A stretch of DNA of 59,923 nt. Origin: an uncultured Syntrophaceae bacterium. Lineage in GTDB: Bacteria; Desulfobacterota; Syntrophia; Syntrophales; UBA4778. The stretch spans positions 1 to 59,923 of the forward strand of contig CAZRAC010000003.1 in the NCBI GenBank assembly GCA_964597995.1. The letters run 5' to 3'. Position numbers and translations under genes: made by a program. Under the pieces are notes generated by a model, which was not told the origin of the DNA, did no database searches, and worked only from the letters and a program-made list of their open reading frames with translations. Each line of letters starts with the position of its first letter. Within the stretch, counting starts at the first letter, position 1. Of the stretch, positions 37,901 through 47,650 are shown one piece after another.

Positions 37901-39403
37901 GGTGAGGAAGGACAAATCCGCTTCCTGCCCGATGGCGGGGATCACGGCGTCGCATGGGACGATGAATTCCGAGCCCTTGATTTCGATGGGGCGCCTCCGC
38001 CCGCTTGCGTCAGGTTCTCCCAGTTCCATGCGGGTACACTCTATACCCGTGACCTTGCCGTTCTCACCGATGATGCGTTTCGGCGCGACGAGGAATTCCA
38101 TCCGCACTCCTTCTTCCAAGGCTTCCTCGATTTCTTCGGGCGACGCCGGCATTTCGGCGCGGGACCTACGGTACAGGATGAAGACATCCTTCGACCCCGT
38201 CCTGATCGCCGTGCGGACGGCGTCCATGGCCACGTTGCCGCCGCCGATCACGGCTACTCTATCGCCGAGATACACCTTCTCCCCCAGGTTTATCCGTTGG
38301 AGAAAGTCTACGCCGTGGACCACGCCTTGCAGGTCTTCCCCCGGCACATTCAGTTTGCTGCTGCGCATCGTCCCGCACCCGATGAACACGGCATCGTAAT
38401 CTTTCTTTAGCTGATCAAAGGAAATATCCTTCCCGATACGGGTGTTGAGATGGATCTTTACGCCCAGGTCCTCGATCACCTTTATCTCTGCCCGCAGTAC
38501 GTCTTTCGGCAAGCGGTACTCGGGGATTCCCACGGCCAACCACCCACCGGCGACGGGCAGGGCTTCGAAGACGTCCACTTGATAACCCTCGATGGCGAGG
38601 TAATAGGCGCACGTCAGCCCGGCGGGACCCGCCCCCACGACAGCTACCTTCTTCCCATTGCTTTCCTTCTTCTCGGGGAGGTAGCGGGTTTCATCCTTCA
38701 AGTCAAGGTCGGCCACGAACCTCTTCAGATGCATTATGTCTATCGGCTCGTCGACATCACCCCTCTTGCACACCGACTCACAGGGATGGTTGCAGACCCG
38801 GCCGCATACGATCGGGAACGGGTTGTCCTCTTTGATGAGTTTTAAGGCCTCCTTAAACTTACCCGCGGCGATCAGCGCCACGTATCCCTGGACGCTGATA
38901 TGGGTCGGACAGGCGGCCTTACACGGCGACGTACCCCGTTTGTCGATGGCGAAGCCGCTGGGGATGGCCTGCGGAAAGTGACGATAGATGGCCTGCCGTT
39001 CCGACAGTCCTTCGTTGAAGTCCGACGGGATGTTTATCGGGCATACCTTCGCACAATCGCCGCACCCCGTGCACTTGTCCAGATCCACATAACGGGGGGC
39101 CCGCGTCATCTTCACCCGGAAATGACCGGCTTCTCCTTCCACGGCCGTTATCGTCCGCCGGGTGAGGATTTCTACATTCGGATGGCGGCCGACTTCTACC
39201 AGCTTGGGGGATAGTATACAGGCAGAGCAGTCATTTGTGGGAAAGGTCTTGTCGAGCTGAGCCATAACCCCGCCGATGCTGATGCCCTTTTCTACGAGGT
39301 ACACCTTCATGCCCGAATTGGCGAGATCCAATGACGCCTGGATGCCGGCGATGCCGGCCCCCGCTACCATCACTGCCCCGATTTTTTCCTTATCTTTTGT
39401 CAC
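34979..39403 (-). CDS. hdrA: Large HdrA (HdrL type): HdrA modules with an inserted GltD-like NAD(P)H module
   Basis: GAGIAGIQA..DKTFPTNDC, GAGPAGL, GGGNVAMD..YRRS, QCVGSRD..CSSVCC, CHCG.NI, QCVGSR..CSRYCC, terminal ferredoxin; 1474 aa. Confidence 0.93.
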   Translation of the reverse strand: MTKDKEKIGAVMVAGAGIAGIQASLDLANSGMKVYLVEKGISIGGVMAQLDKTFPTNDCSACILSPKLVEVGRHPNVEILTRRTITAVEGEAGHFRVKMTRAPRYVDLDKCTGCGDCAKVCPINIPSDFNEGLSERQAIYRHFPQAIPSGFAIDKRGTSPCKAACPTHISVQGYVALIAAGKFKEALKLIKEDNPFPIVCGRVCNHPCESVCKRGDVDEPIDIMHLKRFVADLDLKDETRYLPEKKESNGKKVAVVGAGPAGLTCAYYLAIEGYQVDVFEALPVAGGWLAVGIPEYRLPKDVLRAEIKVIEDLGVKIHLNTRIGKDISFDQLKKDYDAVFIGCGTMRSSKLNVPGEDLQGVVHGVDFLQRINLGEKVYLGDRVAVIGGGNVAMDAVRTAIRTGSKDVFILYRRSRAEMPASPEEIEEALEEGVRMEFLVAPKRIIGENGKVTGIECTRMELGEPDASGRRRPIEIKGSEFIVPCDAVIPAIGQEADLSFLTEGSGISVNKWNNIDVDPVTFATDGPGVFSGGDVVTGPQTVVKAVYAGKEAARSIDRYLRGEDIKAGRERDWTQGLADPGDTSRVPKSSRVKYPHVKPEERKVDFREVGIGFSEEEAVREAQRCLSCGICSECYQCVEACLAQAINHEDTFEEETIEVGAIIAAPGFETFDAALRSEYGYGVYANVVTSIQFERILSASGPYFGHVQRLSDGKEPKKIAFIQCVGSRDTACGNSWCSSVCCMYATKEAIIGKEHVKELEPTIFFMDIRAHGKDFDRFVNRAKNEYGIRYIRSIPSTIKELQQTKNLLVKYVQEDGTLVEEEFDMVVLSVGLTPPHEARELATALGIGLEDHGFCATDLENPVKTTRDGVFVCGAFGGPKDIPETVMEASGAAACASSIIAERRGTMIVEEELPMEKDLRGIGPRIGVFVCHCGINIGGVVNVPEVRDYAKTLPNVVYVADNLFTCSQDTAVKMAEVIEEYKLTRVVVASCSPRTHEPLFQENCEKAGLNPYLFEMANIRDQDSWVHMNEPEKATEKAKDLVRMAVAKAQFLQPLKPGQLRVNKATMIIGGGLAGITAALSLAEQGFESYIVEKKPHLGGNYRDLYYTLEGLDTKKHLAGLLGQVEASKLIHVFTGAEIVKIEGFIGNYKTTIKTRDGEQQFEHGVVVVATGAYELETNEYLHGQSPNVITQRNLEKMIAERDDKAVQASHIVMIQCVGSRTPERPYCSRYCCSEAMKNALKLKEMDPNKDVTIIYRDIRTFGLKEDYYKKARELNVKFIRYDEDRKPEISQAGDRLVVRAFDPILNGSVELPADLLALSVGTVPNPENAAIGQMLKVPTNQDGFFLEAHVKLRPVDFATDGVFMCGMAHAPKLSEDTIVQANAAVSRACTVLTKDFIEAEGKTAYVIKERCSGCGLCEQNCPFGAIAVNPVEGVAEVNTVLCKGCGVCTASCRMNAVDLNGFTNEEVIAQIAAL

Positions 39404-39593
39404 GTGTTGCCACCTCGCGATGTGTTTACCACCCTTCTCGGAAGGGCCATGTTAGACCTACTGAAACAACGCCCCTGGGAAAGACCGGGCGAGTCCTGCG
39501 AGAATCACCTGAATAGACTGGCAGGCGGTATCACGATTGGGTTGGCTCTGTCAAGGGCAAAATGCCTCTCATGTCTGTTTGTTCTTGGTGAAC

Positions 39594-39635
39594 GACAAAT
39601 TTTGTCTTGGCATTTATGATGCGTTTTGCTATAGT
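39594..39635 (+). promoter_or_regulatory. sigma70 promoter for nfnAB with an abutting palindrome
   Basis: TTGGCA(39607)-17 nt-TATAGT with extended TGn; GACAAA-T-TTTGTC immediately upstream. Confidence 0.6.
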
Positions 39636-39880
39636 TACACCTATTTGCAACATACTGAGATCACTGAGTATCAGGCCGACGGGAGGACGAATATAAGCTG
39701 TTGCCTATGCCGCGACATGTGCTGGCGCGTAATCTCGAAAGTACCCCGGGCATCATCAAAAAGGTCGCCTCCTTTCGTGGCAACCTTGCGAATGCCTTGG
39801 TAGTACGGTTAAGGACGGCCGTCTATCATCACAAGAAGCATATTCCATTACCTTAACCGGTTTCGACAGAGGGGAAGACG

Positions 39881-40717
39881 TTGTTCAAAATCACTGAAAA
39901 GACATTTTTACAGGAAAACGTGGTCCGAATGGTCTTGGAGGCCCCGGAGATTGCTCGTAAGCGAAAGGCCGGCCAATTCGTTGTTCTGATGATCGACGAA
40001 AAAGGGGAGAGGATCCCGCTTACCATCGTCGATTCCGACAACGAGAATGGGACGCTGACCATCATCTTTCAGGTCGTGGGCAAGACGACGGCCTACCTTG
40101 CGGAGCTCAATCCGGGGGATTCTATTCTGCATGTGTTGGGTCCCCTGGGCCATCCTACGGAGGTCGAAAACTTCGGAACCTCCGTCTGTGTGGGTGGCGG
40201 CGTTGGGGTCGGCGTCGTGTATCCCATAGCCGCGGCGCTCAAGAAGGCGGGCAACAAAGTTATCTCGATCATCGGGGCCCGAACGAGAGACCTCCTTATC
40301 CTCGAAGATGAGATGGGACGGGTGAGCGACCGGCTGCTGGTGGCAACCGATGACGGCAGTTACGGTTTTCACGGTTTCGTGAGCGCGGTGCTTCAGAGCG
40401 TCATCGATTTGGGGGAGAAGATCGACAGGGTCTTTGCCATCGGACCGGTTCCGATGATGCGGGTGATTTGCGATGTTACGAGGCCGTATGGCATCAAGAC
40501 GATCGTCAGCCTGAACCCGATCATGGTGGATGCCACGGGGATGTGCGGCGCCTGCAGGGTGTCCGTAGGGGGAACGACTAAGTTCGGCTGCGTGGATGGC
40601 CCGGAATTCGACGGCCATCAGGTGGACTTCGGCCTCTTGATGAGCAGGCTCAGGATGTACTGCGACCAGGAGAGGCAATCTATGGATTTGTTCAGGTGCG
40701 GTCGGCATGGAAAATAG
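39881..40717 (+). CDS. nfnA: NfnA (SudB-like) subunit of the electron-bifurcating transhydrogenase
   Basis: TTG start; AGQFVVL..GERIPLTI, GPLGHP, VGGGVG, MVDATGMCGACRV..CVDGPEFDGH. Confidence 0.9.
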   Translation: MFKITEKTFLQENVVRMVLEAPEIARKRKAGQFVVLMIDEKGERIPLTIVDSDNENGTLTIIFQVVGKTTAYLAELNPGDSILHVLGPLGHPTEVENFGTSVCVGGGVGVGVVYPIAAALKKAGNKVISIIGARTRDLLILEDEMGRVSDRLLVATDDGSYGFHGFVSAVLQSVIDLGEKIDRVFAIGPVPMMRVICDVTRPYGIKTIVSLNPIMVDATGMCGACRVSVGGTTKFGCVDGPEFDGHQVDFGLLMSRLRMYCDQERQSMDLFRCGRHGK

Positions 40718-42131
40718 AGAACAGGTTGAAAGAAAAGAAAAAAAGGAGAAGGTCCCCAGGCAGTCCATGCCCGAGCAGGACCCGAAAGAACGCATAAAGA
40801 ACTTCGAAGAAGTTCCTTACGGTTACACTACGGAGCAGGCCCTCCTTGAGGCAAGTCGGTGCATCCAATGCAAGAAACCGGGGTGCATCGCCGGGTGCCC
40901 GGTGGATGTCGATATTCCCGGTTTCATAAAACTGATCGCGGAGGGGAAATTCGTCGAGGCTGCATGGAAGTTGAAAGAAACAAACGCCCTTCCGGCAGTC
41001 TGCGGGAGGGTCTGTCCTCAGGAAGATCAGTGCGAAAAGGTATGCATCCTGGGCAAGAAGGGCGACCCGGTGGCAATCGGGAGGCTGGAGCGGTTCGCGG
41101 CGGATTACGAACGTGCGACGGGGAGCGTCCAGGTACCCAAGGTCGCAGCGGCTACGGGTAAGAGGGTAGCCGTCGTTGGTGCGGGGCCGGCTGGGCTGAC
41201 GATCGCCGGTGACCTTGTGAAAGTCGGCCACGACGTTACGGTGTTCGAGGCTCTTCACAAGCCGGGAGGGGTGTTGGTCTATGGGATTCCTGAGTTTCGT
41301 CTGCCCAAGGCCATCGTCGATGCCGAGGTGAGTTACCTCGAAAATCTCGGAGTGAAGATAGTCACGGATGCAGTGATAGGTAGGCTGAAGACCGTCGACG
41401 ACCTGTTTGCCGAAGGGTTTCAAGCGGTTTTTCTTGGTGTCGGCGCCGGTGCCCCCGTGTTTATGAACATACCGGGGGAGAACCTCTCCGGCATCTACTC
41501 CGCGAACGAATATCTTACTAGGTCCAACCTGATGAAGGCCTACCGTTTTCCCGAGTTCGACACACCGATCGTGAGAGGCAGAAATGTGGCCGTCATCGGG
41601 GGAGGGAACGTGGCCATGGATTCGGTGCGGACGGCCCTGCGTCTCGGGGCGGAAAACGCCTACATCATCTACCGGCGCTCGAAGGTGGAGATGCCCGCCA
41701 GGATAGAGGAGGTTCACCATGCCGAGGAGGAAGGCGTGCAGTTTAATTTTCTTACCAACCCCGTCGAGTACATCGGCGACGAAGACGGCTGGGTGAAAAA
41801 AATGGTCTGCAACCGGATGGAACTCGGCGAGCCCGATGGATCGGGCAGGCGCAGGCCCATCGTGATTCCGGGTTCGGAATTCACGATCGATGTAGACACC
41901 GTCGTCGTCGCAATCGGCACCACGGCCAACCCGGTGATCCCCAGGACTACGCCGGGGCTTGAAGTAAATAAATGGGGCTATATTGTGACGAAGGACGGCA
42001 CGGGAGAAACGACCCGCAAGGGCGTATACGCGGGCGGAGACATTGTCACCGGCTCCGCTACCGTCATCCTCGCCATGGGCGCCGGTCGTCAGGCGGCGAA
42101 GGCCGTCGACGAATACATAAGGACATTGTGA
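40707..42131 (+). CDS. nfnB: NfnB (GltD-like) subunit
   Basis: RCIQCKKPGC..GCP, VCGRVCPQEDQCE, GAGPAGL, GGGNVAMD..YRRS, AGGDIVTG; overlaps nfnA. Confidence 0.9.
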   Translation: MENREQVERKEKKEKVPRQSMPEQDPKERIKNFEEVPYGYTTEQALLEASRCIQCKKPGCIAGCPVDVDIPGFIKLIAEGKFVEAAWKLKETNALPAVCGRVCPQEDQCEKVCILGKKGDPVAIGRLERFAADYERATGSVQVPKVAAATGKRVAVVGAGPAGLTIAGDLVKVGHDVTVFEALHKPGGVLVYGIPEFRLPKAIVDAEVSYLENLGVKIVTDAVIGRLKTVDDLFAEGFQAVFLGVGAGAPVFMNIPGENLSGIYSANEYLTRSNLMKAYRFPEFDTPIVRGRNVAVIGGGNVAMDSVRTALRLGAENAYIIYRRSKVEMPARIEEVHHAEEEGVQFNFLTNPVEYIGDEDGWVKKMVCNRMELGEPDGSGRRRPIVIPGSEFTIDVDTVVVAIGTTANPVIPRTTPGLEVNKWGYIVTKDGTGETTRKGVYAGGDIVTGSATVILAMGAGRQAAKAVDEYIRTL

Positions 42132-42166
42132 GGGCGTAGCACCCCGATCGGGGGTCGTCAAAAGTG

Positions 42167-42196
42167 GAAAGGCAGGGCATCCGCCCTGCCTTTCTT
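42167..42196. terminator. Terminator between convergent nfnB and CoA-transferase genes
   Basis: GAAAGGCAGGGC-ATCC-GCCCTGCCTTTC. Confidence 0.8.
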
Positions 42197-42220
42197 GTAT
42201 ATACAAACCCTCTTCCCTGA

Positions 42221-43765
42221 TCAGTCGTCGCGCTTGGCGATGGGCTTTGGTTTGAGTTCCAGGTCCAAGTGACCGTATTTGTGGTCTTTCATCTGAGCCG
42301 GCGTGGGGAACCGGCGGTCTGGGGCACTCGTGAACATCCAGTGGTTGAGCTTAATGCCCAGTTTGTCCACCGTCTCCTTCGCCAGCCACTCCCTGTCGTC
42401 CGGGTGGGCGACGGATATGATCTTCGTCGCCTTCTCGGCGTCCGTACAGCCCTGGATGTTTACGATACCGTACTCGGTGCAGATGTAAGTGACGAGCTGG
42501 TCGGGAACGGCAACTACACTGCCCGGATCCAGCATCGGGACGAAGCGGGACCTGCCTCTCGCATCCCGTGAGGTCGCCGCAAGGACACCCCTGCCTCCCC
42601 TGGCCATAGAGGCGCCTACGATAAACTGAAATTGACCGCCCGTGGAGGAGATGGGACGGCCGGCCACATTACCCGCCGCGTCCTGGCCGCGGACGTCCAT
42701 CTGGGCGAAGTTGTTCACGGCGATAAAGTTGTCGAGCTGGGATATGACCGCGAGGTTGTTTGTGTAACCGATGTCGTAGCCGGCGAAGTAGGGGTTGCGG
42801 TGCACTCGTTCGTAGTAACGGGGTGTGTCCACGGGCATGATGTAAGCCCATGCGCACCGTCCCTTGTCGATGGTCTTGCGCGAATTATCGAGAACACCTG
42901 CATCCGTAAGGGTAAAGGCATATTCACCGATCATCTCGGTGTGAGTACCGATGTGACGCAGGTTTGATTCCCCAAGGGCGATGACCACCGCGGTGGGAAG
43001 GGCGCCGATGCCGACCTGGATGCAGTCTCCGTCCCGCATTATCGAGAGAATATTCTGTGCGATCGCCTTTTCCTCGGGCTTGGGCTGGATTTCCTTCTCT
43101 GCGATGTAGGGCCATTGGTATTTTGGGTCGTCCACGTCCACCTCGACGAAGTAATCGACGTCGTCGATGGGCAGATACATGGTCTCCCGTCCGCCCTCGC
43201 ACCAGGCATAGTCGGAACGAATCTCGCAGACGAACTTCTTGCAGGATTTTGCGGTGATCATAAAGTTGTTGACGCCGTAGCTGGCATTAACGAATCCTGC
43301 CTCAGGAACGGCGCAGGCCTGGACGCCCCAGTCCATGGCACGCTCCGCCCTGTTCTTGCGGTAGAACCGCGCGTATTCGGCGTCCATGCCGATCGCCCAT
43401 CCCCAGTGTTTCCAGTCGAGACCCTTGTAGCCGTTGCCTGCCAGCTTGCGCAGCGATCCCAAGAGGAATGACTCATGGACGACATGGTACTTCGCCTCAT
43501 GGTCGGCGGCGTCGAGGAAATTGTAACCGAGCGTGATCGCCTGGTTCCAGAGCTCGATGTTTTTCAGGTCGCCCGGGCCGTCACCGAATCTCGCAGCGAG
43601 GGCTTCCATGGTGACAGTAGTGTCGGAACCGGGACCGCCGCGGTTTATCCAGTCACCGGACTTGACCATCTCTGCCCACTTTTTGGCAGTGATCAGTTTA
43701 TCACGAAGTTTTTGCTGTATCGGTGTCGTCATCGTTACTTTGTTTTCGATCTTCTTTTGAGGCAT
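42221..43765 (-). CDS. Acetyl-CoA hydrolase/transferase family acyl-CoA transferase
   Basis: DGDCIQVGIGALP, HTEM (catalytic Glu), STGGQFQF..GA..ARGG, TEYGIVNI.G. Confidence 0.88.
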   Translation of the reverse strand: MPQKKIENKVTMTTPIQQKLRDKLITAKKWAEMVKSGDWINRGGPGSDTTVTMEALAARFGDGPGDLKNIELWNQAITLGYNFLDAADHEAKYHVVHESFLLGSLRKLAGNGYKGLDWKHWGWAIGMDAEYARFYRKNRAERAMDWGVQACAVPEAGFVNASYGVNNFMITAKSCKKFVCEIRSDYAWCEGGRETMYLPIDDVDYFVEVDVDDPKYQWPYIAEKEIQPKPEEKAIAQNILSIMRDGDCIQVGIGALPTAVVIALGESNLRHIGTHTEMIGEYAFTLTDAGVLDNSRKTIDKGRCAWAYIMPVDTPRYYERVHRNPYFAGYDIGYTNNLAVISQLDNFIAVNNFAQMDVRGQDAAGNVAGRPISSTGGQFQFIVGASMARGGRGVLAATSRDARGRSRFVPMLDPGSVVAVPDQLVTYICTEYGIVNIQGCTDAEKATKIISVAHPDDREWLAKETVDKLGIKLNHWMFTSAPDRRFPTPAQMKDHKYGHLDLELKPKPIAKRDD

Positions 43766-43934
43766 GTAGATACTCCCTCCATTGAAATTTTGGTTAAGGC
43801 TTCGTCAGATTTATTTACCGCAGAAAAATTTTCAGTTGATTGCCTTGATCCCCCCTTTCTAAGTGACATTATCTTGAGGTCCTCGCTCATCCCGTTGTCA
43901 AGTCTGTTCCGACCGGAGGAAGGGACCTTTCAGT

Positions 43935-44083
43935 TCCCCGTGGTGCCACACTGGGCATACACACCTGACGCGCTACTCCGCTGAAAATCAGTGGTGTAAC
44001 GCCATGAATTCAAGATGTTGTGGGTATGCCCGGCTCGAGTACCGAGCCGGGATTAGTCAAGGCCCAGCACGACAGCTTGGGGA
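43935..44083. ncRNA. Candidate structured RNA element of unknown family
   Basis: Nested pairings TCCCC/GGGGA, GTGCC/AGCAC, CTGGGCATAC/GTATGCCCGG, GCGCTAC/GTAACGC, plus a perfect 9-bp hairpin at 44029-44051. Confidence 0.4.
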
Positions 44084-44163
44084 TTTTGACCCCGTGATGA
44101 CTCTAAAGACGGCAGAGGTACTGTCATTCGGCCAGACCGGTGCTTCTCTCAAGCCCGTCTCCA

Positions 44164-44817
44164 CTAATGAGCCCCCTCCATCGCGCCGGCGATGTACATC
44201 ATCGAGAGGAGAGCGAAGACCAATGTCTGGATGATTGCGATGAAGACCTTCAGGGCCAGGATCGGCAACGGCACCAGGAAAGGAACCAGGATGAAGAGCA
44301 CGGCGAGGACTATGTGCCCGCCCTGGATGTTTCCGAATAGTCGCACCGAAAGCGATAGCGGCCTGGTAAGGTGGCTTATGATTTCGATAGGCAGCATCAA
44401 CGGGGTGAGCCACCAGACCGGCCCCAGGAACTGCTTGATGTATTTGAAGCCGTGGATTTTGATGCCCACGATGTGGGTCATGAAGAACACGCAAAGGGCC
44501 ATGGACACCGTCGTGTTGAGGTTCGATGTGGGCGACTCAAACCCTGGTATGAGACCGATGAGGTTCGATGTCAAGATGAAGATGGCGAGCGTTGCGATCA
44601 AGGGGAAATAAGCCTTTCCATGGGGACCCATAGTCTCGATTAGCAGGTTTTCTATGGCGCCCACGACAACTTCCATGATGTTCTGTATTTTGTTGGGGTA
44701 AATGTCCATCCGGCGGGTTGCGGCGACAGAAAGGAGAGCCAATAATATCATAGTCAACCACGTGTACGTCACGTGGGCCGGAAAGGGGATCCACTCAAGG
44801 TACAGGAAAGAATGCAT
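44164..44817 (-). CDS. atpB: F-type ATP synthase subunit a
   Basis: [35 protein letters not shown] (essential Arg), [13 protein letters not shown]. Confidence 0.95.
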   Translation of the reverse strand: MHSFLYLEWIPFPAHVTYTWLTMILLALLSVAATRRMDIYPNKIQNIMEVVVGAIENLLIETMGPHGKAYFPLIATLAIFILTSNLIGLIPGFESPTSNLNTTVSMALCVFFMTHIVGIKIHGFKYIKQFLGPVWWLTPLMLPIEIISHLTRPLSLSVRLFGNIQGGHIVLAVLFILVPFLVPLPILALKVFIAIIQTLVFALLSMMYIAGAMEGAH

Positions 44818-44822
44818 CTTTG

Positions 44823-45224
44823 TTACTTAACCTCCCTGGTTTTTAGTATGTTATACTTCGACGCTTCGACGACAGCCGACACGATGATGTTCATGACGAC
44901 GACTGACAGGCCTACGAGAAGGCCGATCACATCGGCCGGTGTACCGGTGATGACAAAATACAGTACAACCCCCGTCACAGCGAAGCGGATGTAATATCGG
45001 ACCATGAGGGCTGTCTTGGCCTTGTTAGTCAGGTTTTGGAAGACCTTTCTTAAGCTTAAATAGAGCCAGTAAAAGTTTATGATGCTGATCAACCCGCCCA
45101 ACAGGACCCCGAGAGTGAAATTCAAGGGCATAAAAACGAGACTCAGCGTAAGCAACACCCCAAGTCCTATCCAGTTCCTCACTTCAAGCTTTTTTTGGAG
45201 AGGGTCTTTTACGGTGGGGTTCAC
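44823..45224 (-). CDS. atpI: ATP synthase protein I
   Basis: Four TM segments, [15 protein letters not shown]; directly upstream of atpB. Confidence 0.85.
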   Translation of the reverse strand: MNPTVKDPLQKKLEVRNWIGLGVLLTLSLVFMPLNFTLGVLLGGLISIINFYWLYLSLRKVFQNLTNKAKTALMVRYYIRFAVTGVVLYFVITGTPADVIGLLVGLSVVVMNIIVSAVVEASKYNILKTREVK

Positions 45225-45471
45225 TCTTTATCCGCCTTTGAATCTCCTCCCCCTCATTGGGGAAGTTGCGCTTGACCATGGTATAGACATTCCTGAGCCC
45301 CGCGATGATCCCGACGAGGAAAAACAAGAGGGTCAGCTTATGTCCCGTGCCCAGCTTCCGGTCCAGCCAAGAACCGAGCAGAAGACCTCCGAAGACTGCA
45401 AGAACCATCGCAAAACCCACGCTACTGGCGTAGGTCAGCTGGATCATGAAGTTCTTTGTGTCTTTGTCCAT
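45184..45471 (-). CDS. atpZ: AtpZ/AtpI-family small membrane protein
   Basis: VGFAMVLAVFGGLLLGSWLDRKLGT..LFFLVGIIAGLRN signature. Confidence 0.85.
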   Translation of the reverse strand: MDKDTKNFMIQLTYASSVGFAMVLAVFGGLLLGSWLDRKLGTGHKLTLLFFLVGIIAGLRNVYTMVKRNFPNEGEEIQRRIKSEPHRKRPSPKKA

Positions 45472-45507
45472 GAGCGGGCGCCTTGTAACATACGTGACCG
45501 ATAAAGT

Positions 45508-45537
45508 CAACGATAAAACGGACAACGGGTTATGGGG
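45508..45537. repeat. Degenerate 7-bp-periodic intergenic repeat
   Basis: CAACGAT AAAACGG ACAACGG GTTATGG; shares CAACGGGTT and TTATGGGG with 27842-27899. Confidence 0.45.
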
Positions 45538-45604
45538 GTATAAGGCCAAAAACGCGGAGCCGGAAGCTACAGCAGACCCGTAAGACGGCTTAAAACGTGG
45601 ACGA

Positions 45605-47597
<1,993 letters not shown>

Positions 47598-47650
47598 ATT
47601 TCTTCCTTTGTCATCGTATTTTCATCTGTTTGCCGATAACCGTTCAGCCT

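Noticed and set aside
36611-38410. 599-aa ORF antisense to hdrA
   Set aside because: Shadow ORF opposite a conserved GC-rich gene; no recognisable motifs.
1-42131. Selenocysteine in HoxH, MvhD or HdrA
   Set aside because: All expected positions are Cys codons and the ORFs are uninterrupted; no in-frame TGA was seen.
40692-42206. 504-aa ORF antisense to nfnB
   Set aside because: Shadow ORF; low-information sequence opposite a conserved gene.
43905-44100. SRP RNA or tmRNA identity for the structured element
   Set aside because: No CAGG..GGAA..AGCAG domain IV motif and no tRNA-like tmRNA ends.
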